A stretch of 64,000 nt of DNA, taken from the NCBI GenBank assembly GCA_965202785.1, contig OZ241855.1, positions 192,001-256,000 on the forward strand, given 5' to 3'. A program made the position numbers and the translations under genes. Of this stretch, positions 47,837 to 57,278 are shown one piece after another. Numbering within the stretch: position 1 is the stretch's first letter; each line of letters opens with the position of its first letter. This stretch comes from Thermodesulfobacteriota bacterium (GTDB lineage: Bacteria > Desulfobacterota_D > UBA1144 > Nemesobacterales > Nemesobacteraceae). The notes beneath the pieces are model-generated. The model made no database searches. It was given only the letters and a program-made list of their open reading frames with translations, and had not been told where the DNA came from.

Positions 47837-47868
47837 TCAAGCGCTCTGTCCAGTTGGGCTACGGGCGC
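47792..47868 (-). tRNA. tRNA-Arg(ACG)
   Basis: Cloverleaf, anticodon arm CTTGA-CTACGGA-TCAAG, CCA end. Confidence 0.96.
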
Positions 47869-47998
47869 GGAAAAGTAACGCTTCCTAATGGTTCCTGAGC
47901 CGAGTGGAGCAGTCAAACCAAAAAAAGGCAGGAACGATTAACAATACGAATTTCTGTATTATAATAGTCGTTCTGAATTTTATTCTGGGAAAAACTAA

Positions 47999-48619
47999 AT
48001 GGAAGAGCTTGAATCGCTTCTTGACATCGAAGTCGAAACCTATCTTCGCAGGGTGAAAGACAAAGAGGAGATAAAGGATCTTGTTTCAGGGAACCTCTCC
48101 CGGGAAACCTATGCAAGATTCCTGTTCACTTTTTATATAATCGAATTTCTGAGTCAGAGAGCCGTTAACATGGCAAGCATAAACACTAAAGACTCCGATC
48201 CCTACCTGAGCAAAAGGTTTCATTCCTGCGCACAGGGAGAACTCGGGCATGCAGAGATTGCCCTTCGTGATCTAAAGGATCTCGGAGAGAAGGAGATCAA
48301 TCCTTTCTGCCTAGAGATCGTAAGGGAATACGACGAGTTCCTCCAGAACGCCGCCGAGCAGTTTCCTCTCGCGATACTCGGACATTCCTATCTGTTTGAA
48401 AACGTATCGGGGCTTCTTTTCCCCGAGTTAGAAACAGTTCCCGATCCCTCAACATTCATAGAGGTTCACGCCAAGGAAGATCCCGCGCACTCTCTGGCGA
48501 TAAAGAAAACGGTAAGAAGAATCGAAAAAGATCTCGGCAAAGAAAAGATCGAAAAAATAGTCCAGTTCAGCAGGGAAAGCGGAGACTACCTGATGCGGCT
48601 ATTTGACTCCCTTGCTTAA
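47999..48619 (+). CDS. Heme-oxygenase-like (TenA/PqqC/HDO) iron-containing redox enzyme
   Basis: Y..FL...Y, GELGH...AL.DL..LG, LG..YLFE, F..VHA.ED..H pattern. Confidence 0.75.
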   Translation: MEELESLLDIEVETYLRRVKDKEEIKDLVSGNLSRETYARFLFTFYIIEFLSQRAVNMASINTKDSDPYLSKRFHSCAQGELGHAEIALRDLKDLGEKEINPFCLEIVREYDEFLQNAAEQFPLAILGHSYLFENVSGLLFPELETVPDPSTFIEVHAKEDPAHSLAIKKTVRRIEKDLGKEKIEKIVQFSRESGDYLMRLFDSLA

Positions 48620-49195
48620 GCCCAGGATCTCTTCGTAGCGAAAACACGAGACCAGGTGATCGTTCACCACCCCCGTCGCCTGAAGATGGGCGTAGACGAT
48701 AGTGGGACCCATGAAGCGGAAGCCCCTTTTCTTAAGGTCGCGACTGACCGTCACTGAAAGTTCCGTCGAGGCCGGTATTTCCGATAGTTCCTCCCAGGCG
48801 TTAGTAACCGGGACTCCGCCGGTAAATCCCCACAGATAATCGGAGAAGCTTCCGAACTCATCCCGTATTTCAAGGAACCGCACGGCGTTATTTATCGAAG
48901 CCTCTATTTTCTTTCGGTTGCGTATTATTCCGCTGTCCGACATGAGCTCCTGTATCTTCTCCTCTCGGTAGCGGGCGACTTTTTCCGGATCGAACCCGTC
49001 GTAAAGACGCCTGTAGTTCTCCCTTTTTCGAAGAACCGTAAGCCAGCTGAGGCCCGCCTGGGCGGATTCTAGGACCAGAAACTCAAACTGCTTTTCGTCG
49101 GAGAAAACGGGAACTCCCCACTCCTTGTCGTGGTAATCCCTCTCAAGGTCGCTTCGCTCGCACCATGGACATCTTCGCATCTTATCTCTCCCCAC
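48599..49195 (-). CDS. tag: DNA-3-methyladenine glycosylase I
   Basis: RCPW, YHDKEWGVP, LESAQAGLSW, IIRNRKKI, G.VNDHL..C. Confidence 0.96.
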   Translation of the reverse strand: MGRDKMRRCPWCERSDLERDYHDKEWGVPVFSDEKQFEFLVLESAQAGLSWLTVLRKRENYRRLYDGFDPEKVARYREEKIQELMSDSGIIRNRKKIEASINNAVRFLEIRDEFGSFSDYLWGFTGGVPVTNAWEELSEIPASTELSVTVSRDLKKRGFRFMGPTIVYAHLQATGVVNDHLVSCFRYEEILGLSKGVK

Positions 49196-49198
49196 GGT

Positions 49199-50203
49199 TC
49201 AAAGAAAGGCGTTATAGAGAAACCCGAAAAAAAGCACCTGAGGGACGGCCACTACGGGAAGGAGCAAGGCCGTCTTTCTGCCTATGTTAGTCCAGAGAAG
49301 ACCGATCTCCGTATAGTCGGTCACAACTCCCGCCATCAGAAAGACGAACGGGTTTCCAAATGCCTGGACCTTGTCGTAGATCTCAAACGCAACAACCGAA
49401 CTTCCCTCGCTGCAGACCTCAATCACGGTAGCTCCCACTAGGGTGAGCAAAAGACCGCCTGTGTCCGGACCAAGATACTGCATAAAAAATTCTCCGGGCA
49501 CGTATACGTCTATCAGGACCGCCGCGATAAGGCCGACTATAAGCCACCAGAGAACCATGTTGGAAAGGTCGAGACTTCCCCTCAAGACCCCCGTGACGCT
49601 TTCCCGGAGGGAAAAGTTCCTTATCCTCTCCCACTCGTATCCTTCCTCCATGTCCCCGAGATAGCTTTTCTCCAGGTAACCGCCCCGTTCAAGCATCCTG
49701 AAGATAAAGCCCGTGACAATCGCTATGAACCCGGCCGTGACTATGAACAGCACGCCCTTCCACCCGAAAAAGCTTATGAGAAGAATGGTTACGGGGAAGT
49801 TCGCCCATGGAGAAGCGAGAAGAAAGGTTATAACCGCCGGGATGCCCGCCCCTTTTCTGTAGATCTGAATCGCTATTGCAAGTATTCCATGGGAACAGGA
49901 GGACATGAGAAACCCCCCGGCAAGAGCATAGAAAAGAGATGAATTCCCCGTTGCGCCAAGGTACCTGTATATAAACCCTTGGGGAACAAAGTAATCTACG
50001 GCCCCGCCGAGAAGAAAACCCACAATAAGCGGGACGGCGAGCAGCTTCAGATAACCCAAGAGGGAAGCATTAAGGGCCGAAAGCGCCGGCAGGAAAGAAA
50101 CGGCTACCAGGCACAGAAGCAACGCAAGAGAGATTTTAAGGTTCCGGCTGACTCTGAGAGGTTCGCCGGGCGGCGTAGTGTGGCAGCAGGAAGCCTCATT
50201 CAT
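49199..50203 (-). CDS. Permease (DUF318/ArsP-like)
   Basis: Polytopic; SSCSHG, FLLASPW, EVCSEG, FLMAG motifs; N-terminal CCH. Confidence 0.85.
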   Translation of the reverse strand: MNEASCCHTTPPGEPLRVSRNLKISLALLLCLVAVSFLPALSALNASLLGYLKLLAVPLIVGFLLGGAVDYFVPQGFIYRYLGATGNSSLFYALAGGFLMSSCSHGILAIAIQIYRKGAGIPAVITFLLASPWANFPVTILLISFFGWKGVLFIVTAGFIAIVTGFIFRMLERGGYLEKSYLGDMEEGYEWERIRNFSLRESVTGVLRGSLDLSNMVLWWLIVGLIAAVLIDVYVPGEFFMQYLGPDTGGLLLTLVGATVIEVCSEGSSVVAFEIYDKVQAFGNPFVFLMAGVVTDYTEIGLLWTNIGRKTALLLPVVAVPQVLFFGFLYNAFL

Positions 50204-50323
50204 CTTACTAATGTAACATAATTCGAAGTCCCGGCCGAACGCCCCGCGCTCTTTGCCATAGCGGAACGAAGAAAAAGCTTTTTCGTTTGTCCGCTCTTTT
50301 TTCTAGGGTAAAATCCTTGCGTG

Positions 50324-51397
50324 ATGGGAAAGAGAATCGTAGTAGCCATGAGCGGAGGAGTCGACAGCGCCACCACTGCCGCCCTTCTTAAGTCCCAGGG
50401 GCATGAAGTCATAGGAATGACCATGCAGCTTTGGGATTACGGAGAGAGCGAGGGGGGATGCTGTTCCGCGGACGAGGTCTGCGACGCGAGAAGAGTCGCA
50501 TACGAGATAGGCATACCTCACTACGTGGTAAATTACATGGATTCCTTCAGGGAACTCGTGGTCTCCGATTTCGTAAACAAGTACGATTCCGGAGAAACCC
50601 CCATACCCTGCGTGCTCTGCAACCAGTTCATGAAGTTCGATTTCCTTTTGAAGCGCGCTCTTGAGCTCGACGCGGACTTTCTCGCCACAGGCCACTACGC
50701 GAGAATATCCCGTAGCGCCGAAACCGGCGAGTATTCACTCGAGCGGGCCGTTGACTCCACAAAAGACCAGTCGTACTTTCTTTTCACCCTCGGTCAGAGG
50801 GAACTTCAGAGGCTTATTTTCCCTCTGGGAGACAAAACGAAAACCGAGGTGAGAAAAATTGCCGAGGACATGGGACTTCGGGTCGCCACAAAGGCCGAGA
50901 GCATGGGCGTCTGCTTCATCACGGGAAGCAGCTACAGAGAATTTCTTGAGCCTTACCTGGAGAGAGGAAAAAGAGAGGGAGACATAGTGGATATGGATGG
51001 GAACTCGGTCGCCAGGCACCGCGGAATCGCGTCTTTTACAATCGGTCAGAGACGCGGACTCGGTTTCGCGAAGGGAAAGCCGATGTATGTCGTCGGTATC
51101 GATGCAGAACGAAACGAGGTAAGGGTCGGAGAGGAAAAGGACCTCTACAGCAACGCCCTTACTGCGGGAGACCTCTCGTGGGTAAGCCTGCCTCCAGAGG
51201 GAGAGATCGAAGTGCGCTCGAAAATAAGGTACCGCCACGGCGCGGTTCCCTGCAGAGTAACGGTCACCGACGACGGGAAGGCAACAGTGAATTTCCCGGA
51301 ACCGCAGAAAGCCGTAACGCCCGGCCAGGCAATTGTTTTCTACAAGGATGAAGCGGTGATGGGAGGCGGCTGGATAAAAGAGGCGTACATGCAATGA
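50324..51397 (+). CDS. mnmA: tRNA 2-thiouridine synthase MnmA
   Basis: AMSGGVDS, TPIPCVLCN, ATGHYA, KDQSYFL, TIGQRRG, TPGQ. Confidence 0.97.
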   Translation: MGKRIVVAMSGGVDSATTAALLKSQGHEVIGMTMQLWDYGESEGGCCSADEVCDARRVAYEIGIPHYVVNYMDSFRELVVSDFVNKYDSGETPIPCVLCNQFMKFDFLLKRALELDADFLATGHYARISRSAETGEYSLERAVDSTKDQSYFLFTLGQRELQRLIFPLGDKTKTEVRKIAEDMGLRVATKAESMGVCFITGSSYREFLEPYLERGKREGDIVDMDGNSVARHRGIASFTIGQRRGLGFAKGKPMYVVGIDAERNEVRVGEEKDLYSNALTAGDLSWVSLPPEGEIEVRSKIRYRHGAVPCRVTVTDDGKATVNFPEPQKAVTPGQAIVFYKDEAVMGGGWIKEAYMQ

Positions 51398-52683
51398 GAA
51401 AGATCTCCGTTGTAACCCTGGGGTGCAAGGTTAACCAGTACGACACTGCCGCCTTGCTTAACCACCTGCCATCTTCAGAGTTCGTAAAGAACGAAAAATT
51501 TGACGAGCCGGCAGACGTGTACGTAATAGACACCTGCACCGTTACGCACAAGGCGGATTCGGAAGCCAGGAACTACATATACAGGGCAAAAAGATCAAAC
51601 CCCCACGGCGTTGTAATAGTCACGGGCTGCTACGCCCAAGTCTCCCCCGAACAACTCTCGGCAATGGAGCAAGTCGACTACGTAATCGGAAACTCCCATA
51701 AGTTCTCATCCCTTCTCGGAGCAATACGCCGGGGCAAGGTTCAGAGTGAGCCGAAGGTTCTCATATCAGATATTTTCAAGGAAAAGAAAAAGAAATTCGA
51801 TACCCCAGATATAAGGTTCTTTCCCGACAGGACGAGGGCATTCCTCAAGGTGCAGGACGGGTGCAATTACGCCTGCACGTTTTGCGTGATCCCAAGGGCG
51901 CGGGGACGATCTCGCAGCCTGGAGGCAGATGAAGTGATCTCAAGGCTAGGAACTCTCGCGCGTGGGGGTTACAAGGAAGTCGTTCTAACCGGAGTTCATC
52001 TCGCAAGCTACGGAAGGGATATAGGCTCAGATCTTGTCAGCCTGCTACAAAAGATTGAAAAGTCCAGGGCCGTAAGCAGAGTAAGACTCAGTTCCCTTGA
52101 TCCCGCGGATACCACAGAGGAACTGATCCGTTTCGTCTCGAACTCCGAAGTCGTATGTCCGAGTTTCCACGTAGCACTTCAAAGCGGAGACAGGGATGTC
52201 CTCAGAAGAATGAGAAGAAGGTACAGTCCCGAGCAGTTCCTTGAGTGCACTGACTCGATACGCAGCGCATTGCCCGAGGCTTCAATCGGTACAGACATAA
52301 TGGTTGGATTTCCCGGGGAAACACATGAGCAGTTTGAGAATTCCCGTGACGTCGCGGCCGCATCGGAACTCACCTATTTCCATGTGTTTCCGTACTCAAT
52401 AAGGAAAATGACCCCAGCCGCGAATATGAAAGATCAGATTCCCCCGCAGGTAAAAAAGGAAAGAGCGGCAGAACTCCGGGCTCTTGGAAAAACAAAAAAA
52501 GAGAATTTCTACAGAAAGTTTATCGGCAAGACCCTTGATGCTATTGTCGAGAGCAAGTCGAGCTGCACAACGGAAAACTACATAAGCGTAAAGCTGATTG
52601 AGAGCAACATCAATGCCGGGTCAGAGATAAAGGTAAAAATAGAGGATGTAAGAAACGAGGTTGCCTACGCAACAGCAGTATGA
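51394..52683 (+). CDS. mtaB: tRNA t6A37 methylthiotransferase MtaB
   Basis: TLGCKVNQYD, TCTVT, KVQDGCNYACTFC..P.ARG. Confidence 0.93.
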   Translation: MRKISVVTLGCKVNQYDTAALLNHLPSSEFVKNEKFDEPADVYVIDTCTVTHKADSEARNYIYRAKRSNPHGVVIVTGCYAQVSPEQLSAMEQVDYVIGNSHKFSSLLGAIRRGKVQSEPKVLISDIFKEKKKKFDTPDIRFFPDRTRAFLKVQDGCNYACTFCVIPRARGRSRSLEADEVISRLGTLARGGYKEVVLTGVHLASYGRDIGSDLVSLLQKIEKSRAVSRVRLSSLDPADTTEELIRFVSNSEVVCPSFHVALQSGDRDVLRRMRRRYSPEQFLECTDSIRSALPEASIGTDIMVGFPGETHEQFENSRDVAAASELTYFHVFPYSIRKMTPAANMKDQIPPQVKKERAAELRALGKTKKENFYRKFIGKTLDAIVESKSSCTTENYISVKLIESNINAGSEIKVKIEDVRNEVAYATAV

Positions 52684-52847
52684 GCGATTTTACTGAGACT
52701 ATCCTGTCACCGGAGCCTTAAGCCCATCCCTGACAAAATTTCCTGCATCATTTTAGAAGTAAAGATGAGAATTTTATGTTTTTACGCGGAAACACCTTAC
52801 AAATTCGGAGTCTATCTCCGAGAATGCATGCATGCCGGGAAAATGAA

Positions 52848-52939
52848 TGGCGGAGAGAGTGGGATTCGAACCCACGAAGGGGCTTTCACCCCTTACTCGA
52901 TTAGCAATCGAGCGCCTTCGACCACTCGGCCACCTCTCC
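52848..52939 (-). tRNA. tRNA-Ser(GCT)
   Basis: Long variable arm, anticodon arm CTCGA-TTGCTAA-TCGAG, CCA end. Confidence 0.96.
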
Positions 52940-53005
52940 CCGCTCGGTGAAAAAATCATAACTCAACGGAAAACAGAGTCAAAACTCCGCTCCGCCTGTT
53001 TTTTT

Positions 53006-54358
53006 TCAACCCACGATGGAAAAGACCTCAAGAATGATCAGGATATCATCTGTTTTGTTTTCGACAGTGCAGTTTGCCCCGTCTTCAAAAAAAACGGTCT
53101 GCCCCAGGCAGAGTTCATCGCTGCTTTTATCGCCGATTATCAGAGCTTCTCCCTCGAGAACCAGAAGTCGGAGATCTTGAGAAGAGGTGTTCTCCGTCCT
53201 TGCGGATTTGCCGGGGAAAATAGTCGTTTTCGTTACTTTCGAGAGTTCTCCTTTTTCAATTTCTTCCCTGCTGCCCCAAGGATAGTGAACTACCTTCGGA
53301 CGGTCTGCCTCATCCCTCCCCCGCTCTCTTAATTCCCTCGCAAACTCGCCCGCCTCACTCGAGCGGTCAAGATCGGAGATAAAAACGGCGTCCTTAGTTT
53401 CAATCACGGCAACGTTGCGAAGACCGGATACGCAGACAAGCCTCGAGCCGCTTCTTACAATGGAATCCTCAGTGCCCTTCAGGATTACGTCTCCTTCAAG
53501 CACGTTTCCCTCGGAATCTTTCGGGAAAAACTCGTAGAAGAGCCGCCATGACCCTACGTCGCTCCATGGAAAAGAAGACGGTATTACGGCTCCGCGCGAG
53601 GTCTTCTCCATTACCGCCCGGTCAACGGGAACGGAAGGAAGCCCGTCATAAATATCACTGCTGATTTTCCCGCGGGAAGCTTCGTGCATCGGCTCATACA
53701 CCTCGGGGCAAAGAGCCGCGTATTCCTCGATCATGGTCCGGGCCCGGAAAACGAACATTCCACTGTTCCAGAAGAAGTTTCCTGAAAGCAGGTATTCGCT
53801 CGCAACTTCGGCGCTGGGCTTCTCTATGAACCTTTCTATTCTGAGTCCGCCGTCGCGAAGCGGTTCCCCTCCCTCGATGTAGCCGTACCCGGTCTCGGGG
53901 GCGGAGGGGGTAATTCCAAAACATACTATGTAATCGTCTTCGGCGAGCGAAACCGCCCTTCGCACTTGATCGCAGAAATCCTCGTCGTCTCCGACCACAT
54001 GGTCCGAGGGGAGAACCATTATCACCGCGTCTTCGTCTTCTGAGGCGACCCCGAGCGTCCCAAGCAGAATCGCCGGAGCAGTGTTTCTGCCCACGGGCTC
54101 GGTCACAATTTTTATCTTTCCCGAAAAGTCCGTGTAGCGAAGATTGTCTTCAATCAGAGGGCGCTGTTTTTCCTCAAGTACAACCAATATGTTTTCTTCG
54201 GCGACAAGACGGGCGGCCCGCTTAAGCGTTCCAAGCAGAAGTGACTCATTCCCGTTTATGGTGAGGAACTGCTTGGGTAAGGACTCTCTTGATAGAGGCC
54301 AGAGCCTGGTTCCCCGTCCCCCGGCAAGAATAAGGCAGTAAAGATTTTTTTTAGGCAT
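53006..54358 (-). CDS. manC: Mannose-1-phosphate guanylyltransferase with a divergent C-terminal cupin
   Basis: ILAGGRGTRLWPLSR...PKQF, EPVGRNTAPA, PSDH, WNSGMF, WSDVGSW. Confidence 0.92.
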   Translation of the reverse strand: MPKKNLYCLILAGGRGTRLWPLSRESLPKQFLTINGNESLLLGTLKRAARLVAEENILVVLEEKQRPLIEDNLRYTDFSGKIKIVTEPVGRNTAPAILLGTLGVASEDEDAVIMVLPSDHVVGDDEDFCDQVRRAVSLAEDDYIVCFGITPSAPETGYGYIEGGEPLRDGGLRIERFIEKPSAEVASEYLLSGNFFWNSGMFVFRARTMIEEYAALCPEVYEPMHEASRGKISSDIYDGLPSVPVDRAVMEKTSRGAVIPSSFPWSDVGSWRLFYEFFPKDSEGNVLEGDVILKGTEDSIVRSGSRLVCVSGLRNVAVIETKDAVFISDLDRSSEAGEFARELRERGRDEADRPKVVHYPWGSREEIEKGELSKVTKTTIFPGKSARTENTSSQDLRLLVLEGEALIIGDKSSDELCLGQTVFFEDGANCTVENKTDDILIILEVFSIVG

Positions 54359-54394
54359 TTTGAGAACCGAGTTCCGCAGAACAGTGTCTGAGTT

Positions 54395-55867
54395 CTAATC
54401 TACCTGATGTGGCTCCTTCAGAAGATCCCATACGGTCTTCACGGGATTAAACGTTGTGGAGGGAACTTCGACGAAAACGGTTATCCAGCCGGACATGGAA
54501 CCGTTCCAGAGCCCGGGAAGCTCAAGCGCCTTTATCTTCATAGTACCAAAGGTCTTTTCGGTGATAATTCCGGCTTCCGGATCGACAAAGCCAGTCAGAT
54601 TAAATTTCTCCCCCCTGAAATCCTTTACTCCGCAGACAATATCCACAGGATTAAAATGGGTTGAGTTCTCCCAGATATGCCGTTGGGAAGAGGAGTCTCG
54701 GTCAATCTCGGCACTCTCAACTATCTGAAGGGACTCCCCCCCTTCTCCTTCCACCCAGAACGGACCGCCGCCCGGCTCACCCATGTTCTTTACAACGCCG
54801 CATACCCTGATGGGCCTGTGAAGAGCCCGAAACAGGAATTCCCTCCTGCCGGCTCCAGACAGCCCTGAAAGTTCCTGGGAGAGGTCCACGAAAAGTTCCC
54901 CCCGGCAAAAGGAAATTATCTCCCGCTCAAGTGCCTCAGAGGTCCAGGAGGAAGAGAGGGCTTCTGTATAGAGGAAAACTCTTTTCTGTATAGAGAGAAG
55001 AACTCCCCCCAAGGTCTTTTTCCACTTAACCGTATCGGGGAGAAGCTCCTCTTTCGCCACGTTGTCTATGTTCTTTACGAAAATACAGTCATAGGAAAGT
55101 TCATTCAGGTTCTTCAGCAGCGCTCCGTGCCCAGCGGGCCTTCTGAGCAGAGATCCGTCGGCGTCAGTAACAGGCGTGTTGTCCATTGCGACCGCGATTG
55201 TATCCGTTTCGGGGTCCTGAACCGAGTATGTTACTTCAAATGAAACCCCTTCGCAGGACAGAAGAGAACCTGCGTCCTTCTCCTCCAGAGCAAACTCCTC
55301 GGCAAAGGCAGGTGGAATAGTAAAATGCATGGAGACCGTGCCGCACGAGGCTATATATCCCAGGGCCTCTTTGAAATGTTCGGAAAAAGCCGTTCTTCTC
55401 TCCTCTCCATAGCTGTGAAAAGGCACAAGTCCTTTCGGAATGTCCGCATAACCCAGTCCGCCGCTTCCCAGAAGAGTATCGAGAATAAGTTTGAAATTCC
55501 CCGAAGAGACAGCATCTTCAAGCTCTTCTTCCAACCTCTCTTCAAGCAATCCCGCGAAGGGGAATCTCGTTAAGTTCGAGAGGAATTTCTCAAGCATCTT
55601 TTCCCCTTTGGGGTCCAGAACCTTTTCGTCCGAGGAGAAAGCATCCCGAAGCACACCAAAGTCCCGGAACATTCGCGAGGCCGCTCCCGATGCCGGAACG
55701 AATTTGCACACGCTAGTTTCAGGAAGAGAATCCTCGTATTCGCGCTGAAGTGCCCGGGATTCATCCTCTCCCAGTTTTCTTATGCCGTCGCCTACTGTCG
55801 CGGGGCGGAGGAGCCTGCGGAAGGGATAACCCTTTTTGAACCGTTCAATCTGTTTTTGAATATCCAA
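54395..55867 (-). CDS. DUF4301 family protein
   Basis: KFVPASGAASRMF, RPAGHGALL.NLN, IKNIDN-like motif, GEPGGGPFW, ELPGLWNG.M. Confidence 0.88.
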   Translation of the reverse strand: MDIQKQIERFKKGYPFRRLLRPATVGDGIRKLGEDESRALQREYEDSLPETSVCKFVPASGAASRMFRDFGVLRDAFSSDEKVLDPKGEKMLEKFLSNLTRFPFAGLLEERLEEELEDAVSSGNFKLILDTLLGSGGLGYADIPKGLVPFHSYGEERRTAFSEHFKEALGYIASCGTVSMHFTIPPAFAEEFALEEKDAGSLLSCEGVSFEVTYSVQDPETDTIAVAMDNTPVTDADGSLLRRPAGHGALLKNLNELSYDCIFVKNIDNVAKEELLPDTVKWKKTLGGVLLSIQKRVFLYTEALSSSWTSEALEREIISFCRGELFVDLSQELSGLSGAGRREFLFRALHRPIRVCGVVKNMGEPGGGPFWVEGEGGESLQIVESAEIDRDSSSQRHIWENSTHFNPVDIVCGVKDFRGEKFNLTGFVDPEAGIITEKTFGTMKIKALELPGLWNGSMSGWITVFVEVPSTTFNPVKTVWDLLKEPHQVD

Positions 55868-55972
55868 GATGTGAATTTCCCGTGGCGGAACCTAATGGGA
55901 GAACTATACATAAAAAAGCTGAAAACTCCCCCTGGTCCCTGAGCGGAATTCCGTGCGATTCTTTGATCGGGG

Positions 55973-56050
55973 TGGCGGGACCGACGGGATTTGAACCCGC
56001 GACCTCTGGCTTGACAGGCCAGCGTTCTAACCAGGCTGAACTACGGCCCC
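55973..56050 (-). tRNA. tRNA-Asp(GTC)
   Basis: Anticodon arm CTGGC-CTGTCAA-GCCAG, CCA end. Confidence 0.96.
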
Positions 56051-56062
56051 GTTTAAATCAGA

Positions 56063-56137
56063 TGGTGGGCGGTACAGGATTCGAACCTGTGACCCCCTGC
56101 TTGTAAGGCAGGTGCTCTCCCGCTGAGCTAACCGCCC
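56063..56137 (-). tRNA. tRNA-Val(TAC)
   Basis: Anticodon arm CCTGC-CTTACAA-GCAGG, CCA end. Confidence 0.96.
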
Positions 56138-56211
56138 GCAAAAACGCAAAAAAGCAGGCAATCTGTATAACCGAATAAAAACTCTTTGTCCAAGACTAAG
56201 ACACGGAACGG

Positions 56212-57171
56212 CTAAAGTCCATGCTCTTCTATGAACCTCTCGGCGTCCATAGCCGCCATGCACCCGCTTCCCGCCGCCGTTATAGCCTGCTTGTATCTTG
56301 TGTCCTGTATGTCTCCGGCGGCAAAAACGCCGGCGACGCTTGTTTCAGAGGTGCCGTTACTGGTAATCAGGTAACCGTTATCGTCCATATCAAGCTGTCC
56401 CCTGAAGATTTCGCTGTTGGGAGTGTGCCCGATCGCTACGAACATGCCTTGACATTCCTTAACGTAACTCTCCCCGGTCACGACATCCTTTATCCGTACC
56501 CCCGTTACTCCGTCCTCTCTTGAACCCAGCACATCTTCAACGACACCGTTCCATATAAAATCTATTTTTTCGTTTTCTCTGGCACGCTGCTGCATTATCA
56601 CCGACGCTCTGAGCTTGTCGCGTCTGTGAACCACCGTAACCCGGGTGGCGAATTTGGTAAGAAAGATGGATTCTTCCATGGCGCTGTCGCCTCCCCCGAT
56701 GACCACAAGCTCCTTGTCCCTGAAGAAAAATCCGTCGCATGTGGCGCACGTTGAAACCCCGTAGCCCACAAGCTCGCGTTCGGAAGGAAGGCCAAGCATC
56801 CTTGCCGTGGCGCCCGAAGAAATAATGAACGTGGAGGCAAGTATCTGCCCGTCTTCCGTCGATACGAGAAACGGCCTTTTGGAAAAATCGACGGCGGTTA
56901 CGGCCTTCTGCACGCACTGCGCCCCGAAACGCTCGGACTGCTCCCTCATAAGATCCATGAGTTCAGGACCCATGATTCCTTCCGGGAACCCCGGGAAATT
57001 CTCAACATCGGTAGTCGTGGTAAGCTGCCCCCCGGCTTCCGGACCTTCAAATACAAGCGGCTCAAGATTCGCTCGCGCTGTGTAAAGGGCCGCGGTCAGC
57101 CCCGCAGGGCCGGAACCCATGATGACCACCCTGTAGCTTTCTTTCAGTTCTTTCACTTCGCACTCCTGCAA
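56212..57171 (-). CDS. trxB: Thioredoxin-disulfide reductase
   Basis: GSGPAG, GGQL, CATCDG, GGGDSAMEE, QAITAAGSG. Confidence 0.97.
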   Translation of the reverse strand: MQECEVKELKESYRVVIMGSGPAGLTAALYTARANLEPLVFEGPEAGGQLTTTTDVENFPGFPEGIMGPELMDLMREQSERFGAQCVQKAVTAVDFSKRPFLVSTEDGQILASTFIISSGATARMLGLPSERELVGYGVSTCATCDGFFFRDKELVVIGGGDSAMEESIFLTKFATRVTVVHRRDKLRASVIMQQRARENEKIDFIWNGVVEDVLGSREDGVTGVRIKDVVTGESYVKECQGMFVAIGHTPNSEIFRGQLDMDDNGYLITSNGTSETSVAGVFAAGDIQDTRYKQAITAAGSGCMAAMDAERFIEEHGL

Positions 57172-57278
57172 TTTCTTTTTAGAACAGGGACTTTATACTA
57201 CATTCAGGAAGTGGTTTTTCAAGAGATAAAACAAACGCAGGAGACGGCCAGAACCCCGCCCCGCAAACGCTTACGCTA

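Noticed and set aside
47719-47916. Short ORFs overlapping tRNAs (also 15571-15756, 52765-52959, 55882-56106)
   Set aside because: Spurious translations of tRNA genes
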